Assembly (NCBI GenBank): GCA_024641305.1
Contig: JAHEDI010000006.1
Location: 24,149 to 88,148 of the forward strand
Direction: 5' to 3'
Length of the DNA stretch: 64,000 bases
From: a bacterium
Lineage (GTDB): Bacteria; Actinomycetota; Acidimicrobiia; Spongiisociales; JAENVV01
The translations under genes and the position numbers were made by a program. Positions 17,964 to 27,434 of the stretch are shown here, piece after piece (within the stretch, counting starts at the first letter, position 1; every line of letters begins with the position of its first letter). A model generated the notes under the pieces. It was not told where the DNA came from, did no database searches, and was given only the letters and a program-made list of their open reading frames with translations.

Positions 17964-18530
17964 GTGAGAGAATCCGCCGGTGACACATCAGCTACTTGGC
18001 CGCCGTCGATGCAGGCAATCGAACGAGCCCGAGCGGGTGACTCGGAGGCACTTGCCGACATCCTGAGATCTGCCCACCCCCGGCTCGTCGCATACTTCGC
18101 AGGCTCCGGACCCCAACGAGCCGACGCCGAAGATCTGGCGGCTCACACGCTTGAGGCCGTCGTCACGTCGATTCACAAGCTCAAGAACCCCCTGGCGTTC
18201 GAGGGATGGTTCTGGCAAATTGCCCGCTATTCGTTTCGGGGGTGGATTCGCCGCACCCGGCGGCCCGCCCGGTTCGAGCCCAGCTACGCCCCTGGCGCGG
18301 GCCCCGAAGACGCAATTCATCTTTCGGACGAACACACCCAGATCCGGACGGCCCTCGAGATGTTGAGCCCCAAAGATCGAAGTCTGCTGTGGTTGCGCGA
18401 TGTCGAGGAACTGTCCTATGAAGAGATTGGCGGCCGGGTCGGCTCAACGGTCGGCACGGTGCGGGTCGCCTATCACCGCGCCCGCAAAAGGCTCGAAGAG
18501 GCCTACGGAGCTCTGGAACAAGATGACTGA
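17964..18530 (+). CDS. ECF-type RNA polymerase sigma-70 factor
   Basis: 188 aa with sigma-70 region 2 (HPRLVAYFAGS..DAEDLAAHTL) and region 4 (LSYEEIGGRVGSTVGTVRVAYHRARKRL). GTG start uncertain; alternative ATG at 18009. Confidence 0.75.
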   Translation: MRESAGDTSATWPPSMQAIERARAGDSEALADILRSAHPRLVAYFAGSGPQRADAEDLAAHTLEAVVTSIHKLKNPLAFEGWFWQIARYSFRGWIRRTRRPARFEPSYAPGAGPEDAIHLSDEHTQIRTALEMLSPKDRSLLWLRDVEELSYEEIGGRVGSTVGTVRVAYHRARKRLEEAYGALEQDD

Positions 18531-19284
18531 AATCACGTCCCTCACCAATCCATTGGTCAAGTCAATGGTTCGACTCAGAGAGCGACGAACAAGAGACGCT
18601 TCGGGGACCTTCCTGATCGAGGGGACGACCGAACTGAGGAGGGCTCAATTCCGTTCGGATCTGAACATCGAGACGGTCCTGGTTCGCCAGAAACGCACCT
18701 ACGTCGCCCACGGCAACGAGCGAGTAATCACCGTATCGGACGAAGTTCTCGACAAGGTTGCCATGCGCGGCGCCGGTGCGCAGGTGGTCGCCGTTGCTCA
18801 CCAATTCGACACTGCGCTCAGTTCCCTGGCACAGACAACGGGTCTTGTTCTCATCGCTGAAGGCATCGAGAAGCCCGGCAATCTCGGCACGATGCTCCGC
18901 ACCGCCGACGCCACCGGAGCGGCGGTCATCATCTGTGACCCGCTCGTAGACGTCTTTAGCCCACAGGTAGTTCGGGCCTCGCTCGGATGTCTGTTTACGG
19001 TTCCGATGGCCAGGGCAACCCGGAAGGAGGCCATCGCCTGGTCGTCGGGCCACACCACCGTCGTCGGCACCCCGGAGGCAGATCGCTCCCTTTATGAGAC
19101 CGACCTGACTGGCCCGGTGGCGTTGGTAATCGGATCTGAACACGACGGCGTATCCGCCGAGTGGAAAGCAGCCGCCGCGGTCCAGTGCTCGATCCCGATG
19201 GCTGGTCATGCCGACAGCCTGAATGCCGCCACCTCAGCAGCCCTCATGCTGTATGAGGCGGTTCGCCAGCGTCGCCATCGGTAA
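18523..19284 (+). CDS. TrmH/SpoU-family RNA 2'-O-methyltransferase
   Basis: Trimmed to ATG 18523, 8-nt overlap with the sigma factor. SpoU motifs GNLGTMLRTADATGAAVII and GSEHDGVS. Confidence 0.75.
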   Translation: MTEITSLTNPLVKSMVRLRERRTRDASGTFLIEGTTELRRAQFRSDLNIETVLVRQKRTYVAHGNERVITVSDEVLDKVAMRGAGAQVVAVAHQFDTALSSLAQTTGLVLIAEGIEKPGNLGTMLRTADATGAAVIICDPLVDVFSPQVVRASLGCLFTVPMARATRKEAIAWSSGHTTVVGTPEADRSLYETDLTGPVALVIGSEHDGVSAEWKAAAAVQCSIPMAGHADSLNAATSAALMLYEAVRQRRHR

Positions 19285-19349
19285 TCGTTGAATCGAACAC
19301 GTGTTCGGGTTAGGCTTTCTCCCCTACCGACCCGGAGTTACCGACAGCC

Positions 19350-20969
19350 ATGGATCTCCTCCAACGAAGCTTCGATGATCTGGGGGCTCCGCTGTCAACT
19401 GTTCCCTTCTGCGTCTTTGATGTGGAGACCACCGGGGGTTCGCCGGCTACCGAATCGCTGACCGAAATCGGAGCGGTCAAATATCTCGGCGGTGAGGTGA
19501 TCGGCGAATTCCAGACCCTGATCAACCCGGGCCGTGAGATTCCGCCCTTCATCACGATTTTGACCGGTATTACCCACGCCATGGTTGTGGAGGCACCCCG
19601 CATCGAAACCGTGTTGCCGTCGTTCCTCGAATTTATCGGCGAATCGGTCCTCGTCGGACACAACGTCCGATTCGACCTCGGCTTCCTCAACGCCGCCGCC
19701 CTTCAGTGCGGCTATAGCCGGGTCTCAAATCGGTCCGTCGATACGCTGGCGCTGGCCAGACGGCTGGTTCGAAACGAGATCCGGAATCTTAAACTTGAGT
19801 CGCTGGCCGCCCACTTCCGATCGCCGGTAAAACCGAACCACCGGGCACTCGAAGATGCGAGGGCCACCGGGCACGTTCTTCATGCGCTACTCGAGCGCGC
19901 CGGAACCCTCGGTGTCACGGCTCTCGAAGATCTGTTGGAACTGCCCACCGCTCGAGGGTCGACGAATTACTCAAAGATGTCGCTGGCTGACGAACTGCCG
20001 AGACGGCCGGGTGTCTACCTGTTCAAAGACCGGCAGGGCAATGTCATCTACGTCGGAAAGGCGAAAAACCTCCGAACCAGGGTGCGATCTTATTTCTACG
20101 GTGACACACGGCGTTCGATCACCAATCTGCTCAACGAACTCCACTCGATCGAGGGTCGGGTGTGTGAGACCGAACTCGAAGCATCCATCACCGAGTTGCG
20201 CCTGATCCATACGTTTCGGCCCCGCCACAATCGACGGTCCAAGCCGCCCAAGTCGAGCCACTGGGTCAAGCTCACGAAAGAAGAGTTCCCGCGGCTTTCG
20301 CTGGTCCGGACACTCCGCGATGATGGACTGGCCTACCTCGGTCCGTTCCGAAGCAGGGCCTCGGCCGAGTTGGTCATGACTGCCATCTGGGATGCACTGC
20401 CGATTAGACGCTGCTTGACCAAGCCAGGGAGCCGCAACGCCGTCTGTGCGTTCGCTCAGCTCGGGGTGGCCCGATGTCCATGCGACGGGAGCCTGACGAC
20501 CGATGAATACACACACATAATTGGCCGGTTACTCAACGCGCTCGACCGGGATCCGGATGTCCTGCTTTCTCCGATCCGTCACAAGATGATCGACCTGGCC
20601 GCCGCCCAGCGCTATGAGGAGGCCGGGTGGATGCGCGACCGCTACCGGGCCCTGGCGAAGGCGTTGGAGCGAAGGTCGACATGGCAATCAATGCTGTCAG
20701 CCGGAACCATTCGGGCTGAGCGCGGCTCAGATGGGGCCTATATCGGGGATGCTCGGTTCGTCATGGCCTGGATCGCTCCCAACCAGCCACTGTTGCCAAT
20801 CGACATCGCTCCCGAAGACCGAACAGTGTCCGATACGGTGCCACCATCCGTGCTGGCAGCCGAGGAGGCCCACCTCATCTGGACCTGGTTGGCGGACGCT
20901 GATACCCAAATCATCCAGACCGCCGAACCGTTTCGCCGCCCGGCGCGGGTCCCTGAGCTGGCAGCCTGA
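19350..20969 (+). CDS. DnaQ-like 3'-5' exonuclease fused to a GIY-YIG (UvrC-like) nuclease domain
   Basis: 539 aa. DEDD exonuclease motifs (FCVFDVETTG, VGHNVRFD), then GVYLFKDRQGNVIYVGKAKNLRTRVRSYF GIY-YIG. Architecture as in mycobacterial Rv2191-like proteins. Confidence 0.8.
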   Translation: MDLLQRSFDDLGAPLSTVPFCVFDVETTGGSPATESLTEIGAVKYLGGEVIGEFQTLINPGREIPPFITILTGITHAMVVEAPRIETVLPSFLEFIGESVLVGHNVRFDLGFLNAAALQCGYSRVSNRSVDTLALARRLVRNEIRNLKLESLAAHFRSPVKPNHRALEDARATGHVLHALLERAGTLGVTALEDLLELPTARGSTNYSKMSLADELPRRPGVYLFKDRQGNVIYVGKAKNLRTRVRSYFYGDTRRSITNLLNELHSIEGRVCETELEASITELRLIHTFRPRHNRRSKPPKSSHWVKLTKEEFPRLSLVRTLRDDGLAYLGPFRSRASAELVMTAIWDALPIRRCLTKPGSRNAVCAFAQLGVARCPCDGSLTTDEYTHIIGRLLNALDRDPDVLLSPIRHKMIDLAAAQRYEEAGWMRDRYRALAKALERRSTWQSMLSAGTIRAERGSDGAYIGDARFVMAWIAPNQPLLPIDIAPEDRTVSDTVPPSVLAAEEAHLIWTWLADADTQIIQTAEPFRRPARVPELAA

Positions 20970-21005
20970 GATGCCTCTGGCGGAACCGGGCGATAACATG
21001 ACCCG

Positions 21006-22958
21006 ATGCGCTTCATCGTTCGTGACGGTACCGATCCAATCGCCATAGCCGATTCAACGATGCTGGCTGCCATGGGTATGCCCGGCGGAGGTGTCTTGGC
21101 GGTTGGTAACAGCCATGTGCGGGTCAAGGCCGGCCGGGTCGGCGAATCATCAGCGCTGGCCGTTGGCGCCTTGGGCAGGGCGAATGGTGGTTTGACCCTC
21201 GGATCGACGGTCGACGGCACCAGGGCGATCCTGGCAAGCGCCCAGGAAGTCTGGCTATCTGAGCCGGTGGAGGCCGACCTGGTTCGTTCATTGCTGACCC
21301 ATCCGGTGACGGTCGGCGACCAGCTGGACATCGACGGCCAGATGGTCACAGTCGAAAAGGTCGTTCCGCTGGACGCCGGACTGATCAGCTCCGGTACCCG
21401 GTTCCAGGCCGGCGATGTCCAACTGGCTCCGGCCAATGTGCCCACTGTTGTCCTGGACCCATCCAAACCGATCGCCCCCACCACAGCCGAGGCCCTCCTC
21501 GCCGGCCTCGACACCGAACGGGATCTCCTGACCGGGTGGCTGTCACTGCTGACGGGCAACGGTGACCTCCCAACTGCCTGGGGCCTTCCCTCGGTGGCCG
21601 GCGTGGTTCTGGAAGGTCCGCATGGATGCGGCAAGTCCGAGCTCGTCGCGGCTGCCGCCAAAGGTGCCGGTTGCAGTGTGAAGTCGATCGACCTGAACCT
21701 GATTTTCAAGCCGGCTCGACTGCTGGACCTCCTCGAATCGGCCGTGAAGACAGCTCTTCCGTCGACGGTCATCTACGTCGATCGGTTTGAAGCCGTCGCC
21801 GGCGAGGAAGGGCTTACCCCGTTCAAAACGCAGGTGGCGGCCATCATGCGATGGTTCCTGGATGCGGTCGCCGACCGACCAACGATCGCCTGCGTGATCG
21901 GCATCACCTCCCATGCCACGGTCGAAGCCCTGCAATCGCCCCTCCTGCCGAGGACTCTCCAGGTCCCTCCCCCGAACGCTCACCGCCGGACACTTCTCTT
22001 TCAAGCTGCTCTAGCCAGAGTCCCGACCAACGACATTGACTACGCGCAACTGGCGGGTCGAAGCGCCGGCTTTTCGGGTGCGGATATTCTCGGCGCGGTG
22101 CTCCAGGCTTCAACCGAGGTTGCCCGCCTCGGCGAACCGCTCACGACCGATCGGGTGGCAGCTGCTATCGATTCGACCACCCCATCGCTGGGTTCGGTGG
22201 GTTCCGGGGAAGTCCCGTCCTATGGGTTTGAACGGGTCGCCGGACTCAAGGATGTGAAGCAGAGGCTCACTGAGGCGGTCATCTGGCCGATGACCCAGCC
22301 CGAACGGTTTCAACGCCTCGGAATCGAACCACCCAGGGGCATCCTCCTCTACGGGCCTCCAGGAACTGGAAAGACATTTGTTGTCCGGGCGCTTGCCCAC
22401 GAAGCCGGGGCTGCCTTCTTCCCGATCAAGGGCGCCGAACTCCTTGATAAGTTCGTTGGTGAGTCAGAGCGCGGGGTGCGCGAGGTCTTCGCAAGAGCGC
22501 GGGCGGCCGCTCCGTCGTTGATGTTCTTCGACGAGATCGACGCCCTGGCGCCCGTGCGAGGCACCTCGAACTCGTCTGTGACCGATTCGGTGGTCGCGGC
22601 GTTGCTCACCGAACTCGATGGGTTTGGTGGGCGCGGTGATGTTGTCGTTATCGGAGCCACCAACCGTAAGGATCTCATCGATCCGGCCTTATTGCGGTCG
22701 GGTCGATTCGAGGTTCATATCGAACTCGGGCTCCCCGAACTTGAAGCACGGCGGGCGTTACTCGATATCGTCGATGTCCCTTTCAGCGAGGATGTAGATC
22801 TCGACCAGATAGCTGCCGAAACGGAAGGGTTGTCCTTCGCAGATCTCACCGGAATGTTGCGCGAAGCGGCTCTCAACACACTCCGAGGCGACGACCATGC
22901 CCTAACGGTCGGCCCCGCCCACATCCGTCTCGCCCTCGAGCGGTTTGCCAACCGCTAA
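21006..22958 (+). CDS. CDC48/VCP-like AAA+ ATPase with two AAA domains
   Basis: 650 aa. N-terminal double-psi-barrel-like region, Walker A GPHGCGKS (D1) and GPPGTGKT (D2), second-region-of-homology FFDEIDALAP. Confidence 0.8.
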   Translation: MRFIVRDGTDPIAIADSTMLAAMGMPGGGVLAVGNSHVRVKAGRVGESSALAVGALGRANGGLTLGSTVDGTRAILASAQEVWLSEPVEADLVRSLLTHPVTVGDQLDIDGQMVTVEKVVPLDAGLISSGTRFQAGDVQLAPANVPTVVLDPSKPIAPTTAEALLAGLDTERDLLTGWLSLLTGNGDLPTAWGLPSVAGVVLEGPHGCGKSELVAAAAKGAGCSVKSIDLNLIFKPARLLDLLESAVKTALPSTVIYVDRFEAVAGEEGLTPFKTQVAAIMRWFLDAVADRPTIACVIGITSHATVEALQSPLLPRTLQVPPPNAHRRTLLFQAALARVPTNDIDYAQLAGRSAGFSGADILGAVLQASTEVARLGEPLTTDRVAAAIDSTTPSLGSVGSGEVPSYGFERVAGLKDVKQRLTEAVIWPMTQPERFQRLGIEPPRGILLYGPPGTGKTFVVRALAHEAGAAFFPIKGAELLDKFVGESERGVREVFARARAAAPSLMFFDEIDALAPVRGTSNSSVTDSVVAALLTELDGFGGRGDVVVIGATNRKDLIDPALLRSGRFEVHIELGLPELEARRALLDIVDVPFSEDVDLDQIAAETEGLSFADLTGMLREAALNTLRGDDHALTVGPAHIRLALERFANR

Positions 22959-23654
22959 CACTGCCTGTTCATAGCTGAAGACTCCCTCGTAGAGCGCCTT
23001 CCCAACCACTACGGCGTCTGCACCGACGTTCTGCAGTGCGACAATATCGGCGAGGGTTCCTACCCCTCCGGAACCGATCACCCGGCAGTTCGGTGCTCGC
23101 TCCACAGCTTCCCCGGTAAGGGCCAGATCCGGACCGGTCATCGTGCCATCCTGTGAGATTCCGGTGGTGAGGATCCAACCGACCCCGGCAGTGGCCACCC
23201 GGGCGATAACGTCACCAAACGGTCGCCCCTCGTCAAGCCATCCGGCCCCGGTCGCCAATCCTGCCTTGACGTCGATCGCCGCCACAATCCGCTCGGCGCC
23301 GAAACGAGCCACCAGCATCGCCAACAACTCCGGGTCCCATACCGCTGCCGAACCAAGAACGACTCGCGCCACACCGGCTTCAAGAAGCCGAACCGCGGCA
23401 GCCTCAGTCCGAATCCCGCCCCCCAACTGGAACGGGACGGCGGCCCTGGCCATCGCCTCCGCCAAACCTGGCGACGGCATTCCGCTTCGAGCGCCTTCCA
23501 GGTCGACCACATGCACCAGGGTGGCACCCTCCCTACCCCATGATCGGATCGCTTCGACCGGAGAGTCGGAATAGGCGGTAACCGCGCCGTAGTCCCCTTT
23601 CACGAGGCGGACCACCTGACCGTCGAGGACATCAATTGCCGGGATGATCTGCAT
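22902..23654 (-). CDS. hisA: Phosphoribosyl isomerase HisA (PriA-type in Actinobacteria)
   Basis: 250 aa. MQIIPAIDVLDGQVVRL..GGGIR..VVLGSAA..GSGGV HisA/(beta-alpha)8 motifs. Convergent 57-nt overlap with the AAA ATPase gene. Confidence 0.85.
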   Translation of the reverse strand: MQIIPAIDVLDGQVVRLVKGDYGAVTAYSDSPVEAIRSWGREGATLVHVVDLEGARSGMPSPGLAEAMARAAVPFQLGGGIRTEAAAVRLLEAGVARVVLGSAAVWDPELLAMLVARFGAERIVAAIDVKAGLATGAGWLDEGRPFGDVIARVATAGVGWILTTGISQDGTMTGPDLALTGEAVERAPNCRVIGSGGVGTLADIVALQNVGADAVVVGKALYEGVFSYEQAVLAVGKPLEGETDVGGADR

Positions 23655-23681
23655 AAGAACCTCGAACTTGCCAATCTGTTT

Positions 23682-23707
23682 TAGTGTTGTAGCATGTTAC
23701 AACACTA
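23682..23707. promoter_or_regulatory. AT-rich inverted repeat TAGTGTTGTA-N6-TACAACACTA in the hisA / yerC-hisG divergent intergenic region (operator candidate)
   Basis: 10-bp perfect arms with a 6-nt spacer, read from the sequence. Stands out as AT-rich in a GC-rich genome. Lies between the divergent starts at 23654 and 23733. Confidence 0.45.
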
Positions 23708-23732
23708 AGCCGATAAAGAAACCACACTTATT

Positions 23733-24029
23733 ATGACGACCGATGACTGGAGAACCGAACCGGTAATCGCCTTAAGCGAGGCGATCGCTTCGCTGAGCGA
23801 TGCCGAGGAAGTCGCCGGCCTCCTTCGGGACCTATGTACGCGCAGGGAGATAACCGAAATGGCGAGCCGCTGGCAAATCGTACGCCTGCTTGACAGTGGA
23901 ATGTCCTACCGGGACATCGCCCAACAAACCGGGGCCTCCACCGCCACCGTCACAAGGGTTAGTCAGTGGTTTCATCATGGAACGGGCGGCTACCAGCTCG
24001 CCCTCAATCGTCAACAGGAAGAAGCATGA
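23733..24029 (+). CDS. YerC/YecD-like Trp-repressor-family small DNA-binding protein
   Basis: 98 aa. LRDLCTRREITEMASRWQIVRLLDSGMSYRDIAQQTGASTATVTRVSQW matches the B. subtilis YerC TrpR-like family closely. Confidence 0.75.
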   Translation: MTTDDWRTEPVIALSEAIASLSDAEEVAGLLRDLCTRREITEMASRWQIVRLLDSGMSYRDIAQQTGASTATVTRVSQWFHHGTGGYQLALNRQQEEA

Positions 24030-24886
24030 CCCGCATCCTCAGACTCGCCATCCCAAACAAAGGTCGCCTGCGCGAAACGACCGCGTCCCTTCTATCGGAC
24101 GCCGGCCTCGACTTCGAGCAGTCGGATCGCACGCTCTCGGTAAGCGTCCGCAACGTGGACCTTGACCTTCTGTTCGTAAGGACAGAAGACATTGCCGAGT
24201 TGGTGGCCGACGGGACCGCCGACCTCGGAATCACCGGCCAGGACTTACTGGCCGAGGACGGAAAGAACCTCCCGGTTCTGGCCGAGCTCGGATTCGGGCA
24301 TTGTCGCCTGGTGGCGGCAGTCCCCAAGGCATCGGCCGCAGAAAAGCTCAAAGACCTTAACGGATTGCGAGTGGCAACCGCCCACCCCAATGCCACCCGG
24401 CGGATCTTTGACGACCGCGGGATCGAGGCCGAAATCGTGACGCTGCGCGGTTCGGTTGAAGTCGCTCCCAAGCTCGGAGTCGCAGATGCCATCGTTGACC
24501 TGGTCTCGACTGGCTCCACCATGCTCGTCAATGGCCTCCGGCAGATCGACACGATCCTGACGTCCCAAGCGGTGCTCGTCGGTTCCCCGGCCGCCCTGGC
24601 CACGCGGTCTGCAGAGACTGACACCGTCGTTACCGCGCTAACCGCCGTCACACAGGGCCGACGCAAGAGGTATCTCCTCCTCAATGCACCGGCTAGTTCG
24701 GTCAGCCGCATCCAGCAGATCATCCCTGGTCTCGGCGCGCCTACGGTTGTTCCGCTCGCAGACAACCAGATGGTGGCGGTTCACTCGGTAGTCGACGCCG
24801 GGTCCATCTGGAACCTCCTTCCCGACCTGAAGGCTGCCGGGGCCCGTGACATCCTCGTATTACGCATCGAACAACTCATCCCCTAA
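24026..24886 (+). CDS. hisG: ATP phosphoribosyltransferase (long form)
   Basis: Trimmed to ATG 24026 (MTRILRLAIPNKGRL). HisG catalytic motifs plus C-terminal regulatory domain. Confidence 0.85.
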   Translation: MTRILRLAIPNKGRLRETTASLLSDAGLDFEQSDRTLSVSVRNVDLDLLFVRTEDIAELVADGTADLGITGQDLLAEDGKNLPVLAELGFGHCRLVAAVPKASAAEKLKDLNGLRVATAHPNATRRIFDDRGIEAEIVTLRGSVEVAPKLGVADAIVDLVSTGSTMLVNGLRQIDTILTSQAVLVGSPAALATRSAETDTVVTALTAVTQGRRKRYLLLNAPASSVSRIQQIIPGLGAPTVVPLADNQMVAVHSVVDAGSIWNLLPDLKAAGARDILVLRIEQLIP

Positions 24887-24899
24887 GGAACCAAGAATC

Positions 24900-25484
24900 A
24901 TGACCCGTATAGCCACCATTGAACGAACCACGCTTGAGACCAACGTGTCCGTAACCGTCAACCTCGACGGAGCCGGTCTTTCGACGGTCGTCACCGGAGT
25001 CGGATTCCTTGACCATCTCCTCACGTCGCTCGCCCACCACAGCCTCATCGATCTGACGGTCAGTTGCGCAGGCGATTTACACATCGACGACCATCACACG
25101 GTCGAAGACACGATGTTGGTGCTTGGCGAAGCTCTTGGGTCCGCTCTCGGAGACCGGGCGGGTATCTCGCGCTTTGGCAACGCCACGGTCCCGATGGATG
25201 AGGCTCTTGGCAGCTGCGCAATCGACGTCGGCGGACGACCGTACGCGCTAATCGAGGCATCCCTCGTCGGACCAAGCATCGGCAATTTTTCGACGCAGAA
25301 CTTCGCACATGGGCTTGAGGCACTGGCCCGGACGGGCGGATTCACGTTGCATCTCACGGCCACCGGCCACAACGATCACCACGTCGCCGAGGCTGGCATC
25401 AAAGCTGTCGCCAGGGCGCTCCGCATGGCGGTTGCTGCAGATAGTCGCCGGGCCGGCATCCCCTCCACCAAAGGCACCACGTGA
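24900..25484 (+). CDS. hisB: Imidazoleglycerol-phosphate dehydratase
   Basis: Trimmed to ATG 24900. IGPD motifs (DHHTVED, HVAEA). Confidence 0.85.
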   Translation: MTRIATIERTTLETNVSVTVNLDGAGLSTVVTGVGFLDHLLTSLAHHSLIDLTVSCAGDLHIDDHHTVEDTMLVLGEALGSALGDRAGISRFGNATVPMDEALGSCAIDVGGRPYALIEASLVGPSIGNFSTQNFAHGLEALARTGGFTLHLTATGHNDHHVAEAGIKAVARALRMAVAADSRRAGIPSTKGTT

Positions 25485-26077
25485 CGACCATTGCGGTCGT
25501 CGATCATGGCGCAGGAAATCTGGTTTCCATTGCCCAGGGCCTGGAACGAGTTGGCGCCACTGTCGTGGTGGCTACGGATCCGTCAGGACTCGCCGGTGCC
25601 GACGCCCTGGTTCTTCCCGGAGTGGGGACCACTCGAGGCGTGATGGACGGTATCGATGCCGGAGGCTTCCGCTCATCGATCGAGCAGTGGGACCGTCCCC
25701 TCCTCGGTATCTGCGTAGGCATGCAGGTTCTTTTTGCCTCTTCTGACGAAGACGACGCCCGATGCTTCGGGTTTCTCCCCGGCACAGTCGAACTGCTCGA
25801 GGATGCCCCCCGCCTGCCTCACATCGGCTGGAACGATGTCACGATCACCGACGACCCACTGTTCGCCGGTCTCGGTGCCAACCCGACCTTCTACTTCGTT
25901 CATTCCTACGCCCCAACGCCCGACCGGAGGACCGACGTGATCGGAACGGCCAGTTATGGTCGACGATTTACTGCCGCCGTCAGATCCGGCCAGCGAATTG
26001 GTACGCAATTCCATCCGGAGCGTTCAGGAGAGAACGGGATACAACTCCTCGCTAACTTCGTGGCGATGATTCCATGA
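25481..26077 (+). CDS. hisH: Imidazole glycerol phosphate synthase glutamine amidotransferase subunit
   Basis: 198 aa. Class-I GATase motifs (GICVGMQ catalytic Cys, HPE near the C-terminus). Confidence 0.85.
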   Translation: MTTIAVVDHGAGNLVSIAQGLERVGATVVVATDPSGLAGADALVLPGVGTTRGVMDGIDAGGFRSSIEQWDRPLLGICVGMQVLFASSDEDDARCFGFLPGTVELLEDAPRLPHIGWNDVTITDDPLFAGLGANPTFYFVHSYAPTPDRRTDVIGTASYGRRFTAAVRSGQRIGTQFHPERSGENGIQLLANFVAMIP

Positions 26078-26841
26078 CACTGCGAACCCGGATCATTCCG
26101 TGCCTGGACGTCAAGAATGGCCGCGTGGTCAAAGGCGTCAACTTCGTCAACCTCACTGACGAAGGCGACCCCGTCGAGTTTGCCACCCGGTATGCCGACG
26201 AAGGCGCTGACGAGATTTGTTACCTCGACATCTCGGCCTCCCCCGAAGGGCGCGGCACGCTTCTCGATGTGGTCAGAAGAACCGCCGGCAACGTGTTTGT
26301 TCCCCTTACCGTCGGTGGCGGAGTCCGCAGCCTGGAGGACATGCGCGCCGTGTTGCGATCAGGTGCCGACAAAGTCGCCGTCAATACCGCGGCCGTGGAG
26401 AACCCCGGTCTCCTCGACGCTTGCGCCCGGCACTTCGGCCGTCAATGCGTGGTTATCGCCATCGATACGAAGCAGCGGGACGGGTGGTTTGAGGTCGTCG
26501 TGAATGGCGGGCGCCGACCAACCGGACTTGACGCCATCGAGTGGGCTCGCCAGGCCACGAGGCGCGGAGCCGGCGAGATCCTGCTCACGTCCATGGACGC
26601 CGACGGCACCAAGGTCGGATTTGATCTAGCTGTCACAAAAGCGATCACCGAAGCGGTCGAGGTCCCGGTAATCGCCTCGGGTGGGGCGGGAACGATCCAA
26701 CACTGCATCGATGTAATCAAACTCGCCGATGCCAGCGCCATCCTGGCGGCGTCGATTTTCCACCGTCGCGAAATCGAGATCTCCGACCTGAAAGCCGGAC
26801 TGGCTGCCAGCGGAATCCCCGTACGAGAGGCCTCCCAATGA
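26074..26841 (+). CDS. hisF: Imidazole glycerol phosphate synthase cyclase subunit
   Basis: 255 aa. [16 protein letters not shown] and [15 protein letters not shown] HisF motifs. Confidence 0.9.
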   Translation: MTLRTRIIPCLDVKNGRVVKGVNFVNLTDEGDPVEFATRYADEGADEICYLDISASPEGRGTLLDVVRRTAGNVFVPLTVGGGVRSLEDMRAVLRSGADKVAVNTAAVENPGLLDACARHFGRQCVVIAIDTKQRDGWFEVVVNGGRRPTGLDAIEWARQATRRGAGEILLTSMDADGTKVGFDLAVTKAITEAVEVPVIASGGAGTIQHCIDVIKLADASAILAASIFHRREIEISDLKAGLAASGIPVREASQ

Positions 26842-27434
26842 TCACATTCAACGCAGACGGTTTGGTTCCCACCATCGTCCAGGATGCCGATACCGGCCAA
26901 GTTCTGATGATGGCCTGGATGAACGAGGAGTCGCTTAAGGCGACCAGGAGCAGCGGTCTGGTGACGTTCTGGTCGCGCAGCCGCAAGGAACTATGGGAAA
27001 AGGGCGCTACCTCCGGCAACCGATTGCAGCTTGCGGAGATGAAATCCGACTGCGATGGCGACACGTTGCTGGTTCTCGCCCGACCTACCGGACCGGCCTG
27101 TCACAACGGAACCACATCGTGCTTCGACGAATCCCCTCCCCCAGAGTTCTCTGAGTTCGGTCGTCTATGGGCGACGATCACCAACCGGATGGGAACTCGA
27201 CCGGAAGGCTCATACACCACCACCCTCGCCGACAATCACGACCTGGCGGCCCGCAAGGTTCTCGAGGAAGCCGGGGAAGTCGCCTTCGCGTCCAAAGACC
27301 TTGACGCTGGATCGGGAGACAGGCAGCGACTGATTGAAGAGATGGCCGATCTGGTCTATCACATGCTGGCGTTGGCAGCCGCCCAGGAGATCTCCGTGTA
27401 CGAAATCGGCTCCGAGCTGAAACGACGCAGCTAG
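26838..27434 (+). CDS. hisI: Bifunctional phosphoribosyl-AMP cyclohydrolase / phosphoribosyl-ATP pyrophosphatase
   Basis: 198 aa. N-terminal HisI ([19 protein letters not shown]) and C-terminal HisE-like region. Confidence 0.85.
   Translation: MITFNADGLVPTIVQDADTGQVLMMAWMNEESLKATRSSGLVTFWSRSRKELWEKGATSGNRLQLAEMKSDCDGDTLLVLARPTGPACHNGTTSCFDESPPPEFSEFGRLWATITNRMGTRPEGSYTTTLADNHDLAARKVLEEAGEVAFASKDLDAGSGDRQRLIEEMADLVYHMLALAAAQEISVYEIGSELKRRS

Noticed and set aside
20738-21772. 344-aa minus-strand ORF
   Set aside because: Lies antisense to the well-supported CDC48-like ATPase and the end of the DnaQ-GIY-YIG gene. Ser/Ala/Pro-rich composition, no domain.
23655-23732. Possible T-box or attenuator leader upstream of hisG
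   Set aside because: The intergenic region is only 78 bp and the first gene is a YerC-like protein. This is too short for a T-box and no leader-peptide His codons were seen.
24004-24765. 253-aa minus-strand ORF
   Set aside because: Antisense to hisG, which has clear homology.
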